Both the position numbers and the translations under genes were made by a program. A stretch of DNA of 64,000 bases from a candidate division CSSED10-310 bacterium (GTDB lineage: Bacteria > CSSED10-310), in assembly GCA_016931515.1 (NCBI GenBank), contig JAFGEQ010000011.1:488-64487 (forward strand), read 5' to 3'. Shown here one piece after another: positions 40,428-50,417 of this stretch. Every line of letters begins with the position of its first letter. Position 1 is the stretch's first letter. Below the pieces are notes generated by a model. It had not been told where the DNA came from. It searched no databases and saw nothing but the letters and a program-made list of their open reading frames with translations.

Positions 40428-43400
40428 TTACAGTTCGTATCCAAACGTGACGAAATCGATATCTCCGACGAGTTGAACATCGCTGCCAAGCATGCCTCCC
40501 CAGAAAATCAGATTGTCAGCAGAACCTTCGACGGCAGGCCATGTGAATGTCATGATATTCTTCCGAAGTGTTTCCTGGCCACCGAGAACGGCAATGTCCT
40601 CCCAATCCGCTGTCTGACTCCAGGAAGGAGCGAACCAGTACATGGAGTAGACATCGAGAATGACGAACAGGTCGATATCGTAAACCGGTGTTGAGGAAGC
40701 GTTCGTCAGTATCGCTTCAAGTGAGAACGCTTTACCTGCATTGAACATATCACCGGTGAGCATCATATTGACGCCAGTCTTCAGCGGCGTTTCTTCCGGA
40801 TATACTCCGGTTGACCGGTTATCAGCATGATATGTCGTCCAATAGAGCTGGTTCTGGTTTAATGTCGTGGAGAGATTGAAAACTGAGGTTGTTGTATCGG
40901 CAATTATGATCTCGGTATCACCATCATTATCTATGTCGGCAACGCATGGCGATGAAAACCCGCTTCCGGCCAGCATGATCGGTGAATTCGTCAAGACGGT
41001 GCCGTTCGAATGGTAGATATGCAACCATGCTTCGGTCTGGTTTCCGATTTCCGAACAGACGAGTATTTCGGGATAACCGTCGCTGTCGATATCGGCGATA
41101 GCCGGTGACGAGTTGATCACCGAGTTTGCGTTTGTTGAAACCTGGACGGGGAATCCGGTAACACCCGTACCGTCGGTATGAAAAGCGTAAATATAGGAAT
41201 CGATAGTGCAAATTACAATTTCCGGTATGGTATCCTGATCCAAGTCACCGATTGCTGGAGCTCCATAGATCGAGGCTGGAACGGTTACCGGCCAGCCGGG
41301 CAGCGGAGATGTCAGGATATCCGTAACCATAACGCCCTTCGGACCGATCTCGTTGGCATAGTCTCCGTACCCGTAGATGATTTCAGGCACACCGTCCGAA
41401 TCCAGGTCAGCCAGAGCCGGTACGGAGTAGACCTGGTTAGGTGCGGCTACCGGATATCCCGGTTGTATCTGTCCGGAGCCGTTGAAGAGATAAATAGCTC
41501 CTGAATCCAGAGGATCGATGTCATCCTTCGTGGCAATCAGGATTTCGCATTTTCCGTCATCATCGAAATCGAACGTCGATGCGCTGGCAAATACGTCGGT
41601 TCCGACATCCTGCGGCCAACCCGACAGAACATTGCCCATGCAGTCGAACACATAAACCTTGTTGTCATAATTCCCTGCAATAATTTCCAGCCTGTCGTCT
41701 CCGGCAACATCCGCGACACAAGGTGAACATTTGAATCCTGCCTGAACCGGATCCCCCGTCGAGAAGGGAATATCCGTCACAAACGGCCATGCTCCGCCGA
41801 AAGGAAGACCGTCATTGGTGAAGACATTGATTCTGCCGAGTACGCGTGATTTCGTTCCCTGGTTCGGATCGTTTGGATTGACCCACGCGACATTGTTCAA
41901 CTGGTCGGCAACAATAATCTCAACATCCCCGTCGCCGTCGATATCGGCAACAGCGGGAGCGGCAAGTATCAGATTGGAATCAAGATAGATCTGCGAAGCG
42001 ATTGATACCGGCCAGCCGTGATAATAGCCGCCGTTTCTATTAAACACACTGATCGTTCCATCATTGGATGCGGTAATGATTTCAGCAAACCCGTCGTTGT
42101 TGATGTCAGCGGCTCTGGCTGAGGCGTTGAAACCACCGAAGGACGGAACTGGGAACCACTGCATTTGCGGGAATGGATTATTGACCGAAAGATCGAAAGT
42201 CGCAGTCTCGGAATATCCACCGTCAGCAGTGATATCTACCTGGATCGGAATCGTCGTCCGGGACGACTCCGTAACAGTAAATATGAAGTCGGTCAGATTG
42301 GAACGGGTGACCTTGTTCTGGATGTCCGGGTATGACGCGCCGGCGCTCGATATTGTTACTCCGGACGAAGCGCTGATTGTCACGTTGACATTTGTGGCGT
42401 CCATCCATGAATGATTCTTCAACATGAGTTCCATGCTGACAGTCTCTCCAACATCGGCTTCAAAATTCGAATTGCCCGTCGAATCGTCGATCAGCCATTT
42501 CTCGATCCGGATGACCGGCGTTTCCGCGAGGCTGAGGAAATAATTAATCCGGCCCGGGTCCAGCAGTCCGCGATATGCCGGATTGCTGTAATCAATCGCA
42601 TCACAACCCTTCTGCATACGCTCGAGGATCTCGTCCGGAGTGAATGAAGGATTCTGACATTTGATCAGAGCAGCCAGCGCGGCTGCCATCGGGCTGGACA
42701 TTGATGTTCCACCCAGATTTCCATAATTGCCGCCGGGCAGCGTTGAACGGATTGAGACTCCCGGAGCGTACACATCGACATAGTCCTCACCGTAATTCGA
42801 CGAGCCGTCTTTTGAATCGAAACGGTTGGTATTCCCGACTCCGATGACACCTTCGTTGGCGGAAGGATAGTGCGGAGTTGAATCGCCAATGCCGTCATTA
42901 CCGCCGTTACCGGCTGCAGCCACGATTGTCACTCCGGCGGTATACGCATATTCCACCGCTTCTTCCTGAATCGCAAAATTAGACCCGCTGCCAAGACTGA
43001 GATTTGCAACGAGCGCTCCGTTATCGGCGGCATATCGAATCGCAGCTGCGACATTTCCAACCGCTGCCCCACCACCGCTGTCCGGGAAAACCTTCAGGAT
43101 CATGATCGGGCATCCCCATGTACCGCCTGCAACCCCGATTCCGTTGTTGGTAATTGCGCTGACGATACCCGACACATGTGTGCCGTGATCGTTGACCGCA
43201 TTGCCGTAATTGGGATTATTATCGTTTCCGTCGAAATCCCATCCTTGTGTATCATCGATATAAGTGTTGCCGTCATCATCGATCCCATTCCCTGGGATCT
43301 CGCCGGGATTGATCCATATGGCGGATGCCAGATCGGGATGGGTCAGATCCGTACCGCTGTCGATGATGGCTACCACAACGCTGGAATTGCCTTTAATCAC

Positions 43401-43817
43401 ATCCCAGGCAGCGGGTGCTTCCATGAGCGGTAAGGCAAACTGTTTGTTGAAGTCGGGATCGTTGGGTATCTCATCCATGTATACGTAATAATTCAACGAT
43501 GACGTTTCCACGGATGCAAGCGATTGAAGGGCATCCAGAAGCTGTTGGTCCGTTTTCCCGTTCGATGCCGTCACCACGAACCACCTGTCGAGGTCGCATG
43601 TTACGTCTGCATCTGGAGCTTGACAGAGTGTCTGCCACCCGGATACTCCGCATTTCTGCCATTCGTTCAAGACTGCCTGAAGCGGTTCGAGTCCGCCCAC
43701 GTCGGTCTCAATCAGAGCAGCCGGAGCCAGTTTCACAAGGACCTCACCTGGAACCCACTGCGCATGTGAAATCAGGGAAAATCCAGATAACAGTATCACA
43801 AACAACGCTTTTCTCAT
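40428..43817 (-). CDS. Secreted S8 subtilisin-like protease with FG-GAP/VCBS repeats and a C-terminal domain
   Basis: Signal peptide; triad IIDSG / HGTHVSG / GTSMSSP; repeated ADIDGDG..EI motifs. Confidence 0.92.
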   Translation of the reverse strand: MRKALFVILLSGFSLISHAQWVPGEVLVKLAPAALIETDVGGLEPLQAVLNEWQKCGVSGWQTLCQAPDADVTCDLDRWFVVTASNGKTDQQLLDALQSLASVETSSLNYYVYMDEIPNDPDFNKQFALPLMEAPAAWDVIKGNSSVVVAIIDSGTDLTHPDLASAIWINPGEIPGNGIDDDGNTYIDDTQGWDFDGNDNNPNYGNAVNDHGTHVSGIVSAITNNGIGVAGGTWGCPIMILKVFPDSGGGAAVGNVAAAIRYAADNGALVANLSLGSGSNFAIQEEAVEYAYTAGVTIVAAAGNGGNDGIGDSTPHYPSANEGVIGVGNTNRFDSKDGSSNYGEDYVDVYAPGVSIRSTLPGGNYGNLGGTSMSSPMAAALAALIKCQNPSFTPDEILERMQKGCDAIDYSNPAYRGLLDPGRINYFLSLAETPVIRIEKWLIDDSTGNSNFEADVGETVSMELMLKNHSWMDATNVNVTISASSGVTISSAGASYPDIQNKVTRSNLTDFIFTVTESSRTTIPIQVDITADGGYSETATFDLSVNNPFPQMQWFPVPSFGGFNASARAADINNDGFAEIITASNDGTISVFNRNGGYYHGWPVSIASQIYLDSNLILAAPAVADIDGDGDVEIIVADQLNNVAWVNPNDPNQGTKSRVLGRINVFTNDGLPFGGAWPFVTDIPFSTGDPVQAGFKCSPCVADVAGDDRLEIIAGNYDNKVYVFDCMGNVLSGWPQDVGTDVFASASTFDFDDDGKCEILIATKDDIDPLDSGAIYLFNGSGQIQPGYPVAAPNQVYSVPALADLDSDGVPEIIYGYGDYANEIGPKGVMVTDILTSPLPGWPVTVPASIYGAPAIGDLDQDTIPEIVICTIDSYIYAFHTDGTGVTGFPVQVSTNANSVINSSPAIADIDSDGYPEILVCSEIGNQTEAWLHIYHSNGTVLTNSPIMLAGSGFSSPCVADIDNDGDTEIIIADTTTSVFNLSTTLNQNQLYWTTYHADNRSTGVYPEETPLKTGVNMMLTGDMFNAGKAFSLEAILTNASSTPVYDIDLFVILDVYSMYWFAPSWSQTADWEDIAVLGGQETLRKNIMTFTWPAVEGSADNLIFWGGMLGSDVQLVGDIDFVTFGYEL

Positions 43818-43934
43818 TTCATACCTCCACATTCAGATTGTAAGCGATGATCAGGTTTTCTCTTTTCATTCAAGTTATTTCGTATCACTTGAATCTCTTT
43901 ATCTCTCGACGGTCACACTGTCAACAATGCGGCA

Positions 43935-45089
43935 CTATATAGCAGATTCGTAAATAGCCTTGATATTCTCCGCCTGAATGATCCGGGGATTCCGATTTAG
44001 AAGATCCTCATGTTGGAGTACTGCGTCGACCAGTGTATCCAGCTCAATCCTGGGGACATTATATGCGCGCAGGTGGATCGGGTGTTCCAGTTGATGATAC
44101 AGATCGAGAAGGGCGTCGATCGCCTTGGAGGCATCGGCTTCCTCGTCATTAATCTGTCGGCCGAAGTAACGGGCAATCCTGGACATCAGCTGAGGGACGA
44201 CCGGCAGGTTATAGCGAAGAACATGGGGGAGCATAAGGGCACTGGCCTGGGGGTGTGATATATCGAACTGCGTCGAAAGCGGGTAAGACATGGCATGAAC
44301 CGCTCCGGAACCGGTCATATTGAGAGCAAGGGCAGCGTAAAGACTGCCAAGTGCGACATTATAGCGGGCTTTGATATTGTCAGGTTGCCTGAAGGCGCTG
44401 ACGATATTTTCATTCAGGAGGGCGAATCCCTGGAGAGCATACATTTCCGAGAACGGGGATGCATCGATTGATATAAGGGCTTCGAGGGCATGAGACAGAG
44501 CATCCAGGCCCGTGGAAGCGGTCAAGTCCGGCGGAATTGTGATCATCAGATGAGGATCGATGACAGTCAGCCGAGGAATCATGAATGGATGCCTGAAAAC
44601 GTGCATCAGCCGCGTGGTTTCATCTCTAATCAGCACTCCATCGTCGATCTCCGCGCCATTGGGTGGAGTCGTCGGGATGCTGACTACCGGAACTCCGTGA
44701 CGGGTTATCTCATGAGTTCCGGATTTGACTGATTCCCGAGTAAATTTATTACTGGATGCGATACTCAGGATTTTGGACATATCCGTGCATCGCCATCCGC
44801 CGTACCCGACAATGACATCAAACTCAGCCGGATCAATACTTTCCAGAGCTTTCCGAATACTGTTGAATGAGAGTATTTTTTCCTCGATAACATGCACGGC
44901 CACCGATGAAAACGATGAGGTAATCTGCTGTTCAAAAGCTATTGTCAGACCGGATCCCTTCATCTCCTTGTCGATAATTAAAAGGATTTTTTCGGCACCG
45001 ATCTGGCTGATATCTTTATCGACTTCACGAATGACCTGATATCCAAACCGTGTAAAAGGCATTTGCTGGATGTTGAAAGTTGTTTTCAC
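43935..45089 (-). CDS. Iron-containing alcohol dehydrogenase family protein
   Basis: IPTT, TASTGLDALSHALEA, VHAMSYPL...ISH, NPR; GTG 45089 behind GAGG. Confidence 0.85.
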   Translation of the reverse strand: MKTTFNIQQMPFTRFGYQVIREVDKDISQIGAEKILLIIDKEMKGSGLTIAFEQQITSSFSSVAVHVIEEKILSFNSIRKALESIDPAEFDVIVGYGGWRCTDMSKILSIASSNKFTRESVKSGTHEITRHGVPVVSIPTTPPNGAEIDDGVLIRDETTRLMHVFRHPFMIPRLTVIDPHLMITIPPDLTASTGLDALSHALEALISIDASPFSEMYALQGFALLNENIVSAFRQPDNIKARYNVALGSLYAALALNMTGSGAVHAMSYPLSTQFDISHPQASALMLPHVLRYNLPVVPQLMSRIARYFGRQINDEEADASKAIDALLDLYHQLEHPIHLRAYNVPRIELDTLVDAVLQHEDLLNRNPRIIQAENIKAIYESAI

Positions 45090-45096
45090 TATCGAA

Positions 45097-45256
45097 ACCT
45101 CGTGAGGTAAAAAAGCTGTCAAATAACAACCGGCAGCTCTGAGAGGCGAGACTCCGGTACTATAGCCCCGATATGTTACACCCCGCAGCCGGTAGTGTAA
45201 ATATCTAAATGGTTTCCGGGCTGCCGGTTAAATCAGCGCTTCAGTTCTGAGGCTTG
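45097..45256. ncRNA. Candidate structured RNA (long irregular hairpin; family not recognised)
   Basis: AACCGGCAGC/GCTGCCGGTT stem, central bubble, GATAT-g-TTACAC/GTGTAA-ATATC apical stem. Confidence 0.35.
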
Positions 45257-45288
45257 TTGTGCTACGATCCGACACTTGGAGATATCGG

Positions 45289-46041
45289 ATGGATGAGCGA
45301 TCGATTTCATACGCGTTTTTTGTGGGCGATGTGCATCTGGACGACCGCAATCCGATGCGGGAAAAAGCGTTCTGCGAGTTTCTCGACATGGTGCGATCCG
45401 AAAAGCCGGATCATGTCTTCCTGATGGGAGATATTTTTGAGTTCTGGTTTGGTTACCGGAATGTTATGTTTTCAAGGGTTCTCAAACCTGTGATCAAGAT
45501 TGCACAATTATCCGATGCCGGTATTCCGGTCACCTATCTGGTTGGCAATCATGACTTCAAACCCGGTCCGGTATTCCGGGATATACTTGGAGTTCGAATT
45601 GAGTATCATCCGGTGCGGGTGACCCTGGGTTCGCAATATGTCTACCTGGCGCACGGCGATGAGATCAATGCGGATGATATCGGCTACCGTTTCATTCGCG
45701 CTGTTTTTCGACACCCGGTGTCCCAATGGCTTTTTCAACATTTCATACCGGCGTCGCTGGCATGGTATATCGGCAGAGGCACATCTGATTCCAGCAGGAA
45801 GCTGAATGGCCGTCGCGAACGATTTATACCGGAGAAGGCGTTCGATGCTTTTTGCCGGCGTGAACTCAGTCGCGAAGTCAACACAGTGATTCATGGTCAT
45901 ACTCACGATCCCGGGATCCGTAGCCGGGAAACGGGTGGAAAATCACTTCGTATCATCGATTCGGGTGACTGGCTGGGTGAACAGGGACACTATGTTGTCT
46001 TCAGGAATGACGAATTTCAATGCAAAACCTGGCCATTCTGA
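45289..46041 (+). CDS. lpxH: UDP-2,3-diacylglucosamine diphosphatase (LpxH-like)
   Basis: DVHL, MGDIFEFW, GNHD, HGD, HGHTH, GDW metallophosphoesterase motifs. Confidence 0.85.
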   Translation: MDERSISYAFFVGDVHLDDRNPMREKAFCEFLDMVRSEKPDHVFLMGDIFEFWFGYRNVMFSRVLKPVIKIAQLSDAGIPVTYLVGNHDFKPGPVFRDILGVRIEYHPVRVTLGSQYVYLAHGDEINADDIGYRFIRAVFRHPVSQWLFQHFIPASLAWYIGRGTSDSSRKLNGRRERFIPEKAFDAFCRRELSREVNTVIHGHTHDPGIRSRETGGKSLRIIDSGDWLGEQGHYVVFRNDEFQCKTWPF

Positions 46042-46802
46042 CAAAATACCTGACTCGGATTCCGCTGCAATGCCTGGATATTTTCTTTCCGGTTCCCTGC
46101 GAAAGCTGCGGAAATATCATGGACAGTTCAACAATGCCGGGTATTTTCTGCCCGGATTGCAGACGATTACTCCCGGAGTATCCGATGATCAATTGCGATC
46201 GCTGTGGAGCCCGGATACCGGATCCTGCCATGTCGACGAAGGACGGGTGTTATTGCTGCACAAACAGTCACTATCGGCTGGGAGGTATATTGACTCTCGG
46301 CCCGTATCATAAGGATGCGCGTCTCAGTCGAATGATTCTGTCCCTGAAGCACGGTGCCAAAACCTGGTATGCCCGTGAATTCGGATGGCGTCTGGCTCAG
46401 ACAGTAAAAAGAGAGTATCCCGATACAACCTTTAACGCCATCGTCGCCGTTCCTCTCCACAGATCCAGGCTCCGGCAGCGGGGTTACAACCAGGCGGATT
46501 TGATAGCGGGTGCCATGGCTGACAGCATGGGTATTCCATCCTATCGCTGGCTTCTCCGGCGGTTTCGCCGGACAAAACCCCAGTCAGGAGGCCGTGAGCT
46601 GAGACACAGCAATGTTTCAGGCGCTTTCGAAGCGGGTGGAATTTGCCGGAATGCAAAGATAATTCTCGTTGACGATGTTGTGACAACCGGCGCTACGACC
46701 GGCGAATGCGCAAGAGTGCTTTTTGAAGCTGGAGCGCAGGATGTTGTCGTTGCGGCCTGTGCATGGGTACCGGTTCTGCGAAATACCGGATCGTCACAGT
46801 GA
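46020..46802 (+). CDS. comF: ComF family protein (zinc ribbon plus PRTase)
   Basis: CxxC pairs, VPLH..R..QRGYNQA, LVDDVVTTGAT. Confidence 0.92.
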   Translation: MQNLAILTKYLTRIPLQCLDIFFPVPCESCGNIMDSSTMPGIFCPDCRRLLPEYPMINCDRCGARIPDPAMSTKDGCYCCTNSHYRLGGILTLGPYHKDARLSRMILSLKHGAKTWYAREFGWRLAQTVKREYPDTTFNAIVAVPLHRSRLRQRGYNQADLIAGAMADSMGIPSYRWLLRRFRRTKPQSGGRELRHSNVSGAFEAGGICRNAKIILVDDVVTTGATTGECARVLFEAGAQDVVVAACAWVPVLRNTGSSQ

Positions 46803-46818
46803 ATATGGAGGTCAAATA

Positions 46819-49299
46819 ATGAATGTGCGCGAGCGAATCCGGGCGATTATCGCCGACAGGATTCTGATTGTGGATGGTGCAATCGGAACACTGCTGCAGA
46901 TGAGGGGTCTCGAACCTGGGATGCCTCCTGAAGTGTTGTTGCTGGATGCCCCGAAGGACGTGACTGACGTCCATCGGCTTTACGTCGAAGCCGGTGCTGA
47001 TATTATCACGACGAACAGTTTCGGAGCGTCTCGTTTGAAACTGGCTCAACATGGGCTGGAAGACCGGTTCGAACAGATCAATCGGCTATCGGTGGAAACG
47101 GCACGAAAAGCTGCAAATGGCCGGGCTCTTGTTGCCGGCAGCATCGGACCTACCGGTGAACTGCTTCAACCGATGGGATCCATTTCAATGATTGAACTCC
47201 AGGAAGAATTTCGGCGGCAGGCTCGGATACTGAAACAGGCAGGAGCAGACCTGGCAATCATTGAGACAATGGGTGATCTCGGCGAACTCCAGGCGGCTGC
47301 ACGCGCCTGTTACCTGGAACGATTTCCCTTCATGACATCGATGACATTCAATGAAGCCGGACGCTCGTTGTCAGGTTCCACACCGGAGAATCTCGCGATT
47401 ACAATGGCACCCTTCCATCCGCTGGCTATCGGTACAAATTGTGGCATGGGTCCGGCGGGAATGGTGCCGCGCATTCATGAACTCGTTTCTGTAACCGACT
47501 GCCCGATTCTCGCTCAACCCAATGCGGGTTTACCGGAATTGGTGGGTTCAACCACTGTTTTTCGCCTCCCGCCGGAACCTTTCGCCGAGCGCGCTGTCAA
47601 GTTGGCTGATGCAGGTGCCTCCATAATCGGAGGCTGCTGCGGTACAACTCCGGACCACATTCTCGCCCTTCGCAACTCATTGAAGGACCGGCGTCCGGCT
47701 CCTGCAGCCCATCGTTTCGGCGTTCGCTTTTCCGCCAGGTCGGGCATCGCCCTTGCCGGCGAAGGCGCACCTTTTTGCGTGATCGGCGAGCGGATCAATC
47801 CAACAGGCCGGAAAATTCTCAGCCGTCAACTGCGGACGGGCGATTTTTCCATGCTGCGTAAAGACGCGGGACTTCAGGTGGAGCGCGGTGCGTCACTCCT
47901 GGATGTCAACGTCGGCGTTCCGGATGCTGATGAGAGCGATTTGATGATCAGAGCGATTCATGAACTCCAATCCCTGATGCCTGCCGTCCCATTAAGTATT
48001 GATTCCAACGATCCTGACACATTGACTGCAGGACTTCACAACGTGGTCGGCATTGCACTTTTAAATTCCATCAACGGGGAACAATCACGGCTCGATAAAC
48101 TGCTTCCAATTGTTGCAGAAACCGGTGCCAACTTCATCGCCCTGGCGATGGATGAAACGGGTATGCCCGAGGATGCGGCGACCCGGATGAATATCATTCG
48201 CCGGATCATCGATTCCGCTGAAAAATTCGGAATTGCCCGAAATCGGATTCTTGTGGACTGCCTGGTATTTACTGTCGCATCACAACCTCAACAGGCCAAG
48301 GAAACGCTGGAAGCGATCCGCCGTGTGAAATCGGAGCTCGGTTGTGCTACGAGTCTTGGCGTCTCGAATGTCAGCTTCGGGCTGCCAGCAAGGGATTCGA
48401 TCTCCTCGACATTTCTTGCAATGGCGATAACCGCCGGGCTGGACGCCGGCATCATCAATCCATTGTCGGATCGTATGATGGAAACGCTTCGATCAACCGA
48501 ATTGTTGATGAACCGGGATAGTGGCGCACGGCAGTATCTTTCATTCATTGAAAAGAAAGAAAAACGAGACCGGGAGCATCAAAAAACAATGACTCCTGTT
48601 CGACAGGAGATAATTGAGAGTCCGGTTAAAACAGTAACCGAATCGAAAGCGGTGACGGATTCCGGACGGGAAATTCGCTGGAAAGTACTGGAAGGGGATC
48701 GGACCGGCATCGTTTCGGCTATCGATGACCAGTTGAGTTCCGGAAAATCACCCGATACCCTCCTGTCGGGTGTGCTGGTGCCGGCTATTCAGGATGTCGG
48801 AAGGCGATACGGGAATGGAGAAATATACCTGCCGCAGTTGATCCTTGCCGGAGAGACGATGAGGATCGGTGTTGAATATCTGCGGCCGATGCTGGCTCAC
48901 GGTGCCGGCGCTGGATTACATAATACGCCGCTCGTCATCGGCACGGTGGAGGGTGATATCCACGATATTGGGAAAAATATTGTGGCGATTGTGCTTGAGA
49001 ATCAAGGTTTTCGGATCATCGACCTGGGTAAAAACGTATCTGTGGAGACATTCGCGCGGGCAATCCGGGACAGTGACGCATCGGTTGTAGCGTTATCGGC
49101 ATTGATGACAACGACGATGCTGGCGATGGAGTCGACCGTGAAGATCTTGAAGGATCGCTGTCCCGGGGTCAAGATTATGGTCGGGGGTGCGGTTGTAACA
49201 CAATCATTTGCGGACAGAATCGGCGCGGACGGCTATGCAAAAGAGGCGGTCGGAGCCGGAAACATGGCGCGCAGGCTGGCAGGCCTGTCGTTGTTGTGA
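46819..49299 (+). CDS. metH: Cobalamin-dependent methionine synthase lacking the AdoMet reactivation domain
   Basis: DGAIGT, GGCCGTTPDHI (homocysteine domain); IGERINPTG (pterin domain); GDIHDIGKNIV, SALMTTT, MVGGA (B12 domain). Confidence 0.9.
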   Translation: MNVRERIRAIIADRILIVDGAIGTLLQMRGLEPGMPPEVLLLDAPKDVTDVHRLYVEAGADIITTNSFGASRLKLAQHGLEDRFEQINRLSVETARKAANGRALVAGSIGPTGELLQPMGSISMIELQEEFRRQARILKQAGADLAIIETMGDLGELQAAARACYLERFPFMTSMTFNEAGRSLSGSTPENLAITMAPFHPLAIGTNCGMGPAGMVPRIHELVSVTDCPILAQPNAGLPELVGSTTVFRLPPEPFAERAVKLADAGASIIGGCCGTTPDHILALRNSLKDRRPAPAAHRFGVRFSARSGIALAGEGAPFCVIGERINPTGRKILSRQLRTGDFSMLRKDAGLQVERGASLLDVNVGVPDADESDLMIRAIHELQSLMPAVPLSIDSNDPDTLTAGLHNVVGIALLNSINGEQSRLDKLLPIVAETGANFIALAMDETGMPEDAATRMNIIRRIIDSAEKFGIARNRILVDCLVFTVASQPQQAKETLEAIRRVKSELGCATSLGVSNVSFGLPARDSISSTFLAMAITAGLDAGIINPLSDRMMETLRSTELLMNRDSGARQYLSFIEKKEKRDREHQKTMTPVRQEIIESPVKTVTESKAVTDSGREIRWKVLEGDRTGIVSAIDDQLSSGKSPDTLLSGVLVPAIQDVGRRYGNGEIYLPQLILAGETMRIGVEYLRPMLAHGAGAGLHNTPLVIGTVEGDIHDIGKNIVAIVLENQGFRIIDLGKNVSVETFARAIRDSDASVVALSALMTTTMLAMESTVKILKDRCPGVKIMVGGAVVTQSFADRIGADGYAKEAVGAGNMARRLAGLSLL

Positions 49300-49383
49300 C
49301 CGGATCGCATTCAATGCTACAATCGCACGACACCGATGGCACTCGGGTGAGTGTAATTCAGTCATAAACAAGGAGGACGACCA

Positions 49384-50391
49384 ATGAAAACAAATGTTGC
49401 GATCAACGGGTTTGGACGAATAGGACGCCTGCTGCTTCGGGTCATGATTGATCATGAAAATCTTCAGATTGTCGCAATCAACGATCTGACTGATATCCCA
49501 ACACTGGCGCATTTGCTGAAATATGACTCGTCGCACCGGCATTTCATGGGTACGGTGGAGGCGGCAGAGGGCCATCTGATCGTTAACGGTAACATGATCA
49601 AAGTGTTTGCTGAAAGGGATCCGGAAAAACTGCCTTGGGCGGATCTGAAAGTGCGGTTTGTTGCGGAGTGCACCGGTCATTTCAGGGACCGGGAAGGCGC
49701 TGCACGCCACCTCAATGCAGGAGCGGATCGCGTATTCATCTCGGCACCCGCCAAAAATCCGGATCTGACGGTGGTGATGGGTGTCAATGATGTGCATTTC
49801 AATCCCGAAAAACACCGGATCATCAGCAATGCTTCCTGCACAACCAACTGCCTTGCTCCCGTCGCCAAAGTACTGCTCGATCGGTTCGGTATCGACTATG
49901 GTATGATGACAACAGTGCACTCCTATACGAATGATCAGCAACTGCTGGATCTGCCGCATAAAGATCTACGGCGCGCCCGGGCGGCCGCTCTGTCGATGAT
50001 TCCTACAACAACCGGCGCCGCAGCCGCAGTTGGGGAGGTTCTGCCGGAGTTGAAGGGCAAACTGAATGGACTGGCGGTTCGTGTTCCGACACCCAATGTG
50101 TCTCTTGTTGACCTGGTCGCGCATCTTTCATCTGATGTTACCGTGACAATGGTCAACGATGCATTGAAAGAGGCATCCGAAACCAATCTGAAAGGTATCC
50201 TCGGTTATACTGAAGAACCACTGGTCTCGGTTGATTTCAATGGCGACCGGCGTTCAAGCATCGTTGATGGTGCCTCCACCATGGTCATCGGAAAACGGCT
50301 GGTCAAGGTCCTGTCATGGTATGATAACGAATATGGATATGCCGTGCGTCTGCGGGATCTGATCGATTTTGTCAGCCGGAACAGCAAATAA
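49384..50391 (+). CDS. gap: Type I glyceraldehyde-3-phosphate dehydrogenase
   Basis: INGFGRIGR, SNASCTTNCLAP, WYDNE. Confidence 0.98.
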   Translation: MKTNVAINGFGRIGRLLLRVMIDHENLQIVAINDLTDIPTLAHLLKYDSSHRHFMGTVEAAEGHLIVNGNMIKVFAERDPEKLPWADLKVRFVAECTGHFRDREGAARHLNAGADRVFISAPAKNPDLTVVMGVNDVHFNPEKHRIISNASCTTNCLAPVAKVLLDRFGIDYGMMTTVHSYTNDQQLLDLPHKDLRRARAAALSMIPTTTGAAAAVGEVLPELKGKLNGLAVRVPTPNVSLVDLVAHLSSDVTVTMVNDALKEASETNLKGILGYTEEPLVSVDFNGDRRSSIVDGASTMVIGKRLVKVLSWYDNEYGYAVRLRDLIDFVSRNSK

Positions 50392-50417
50392 CCTGCAGGC
50401 AGTCAGGAGACTATCCG

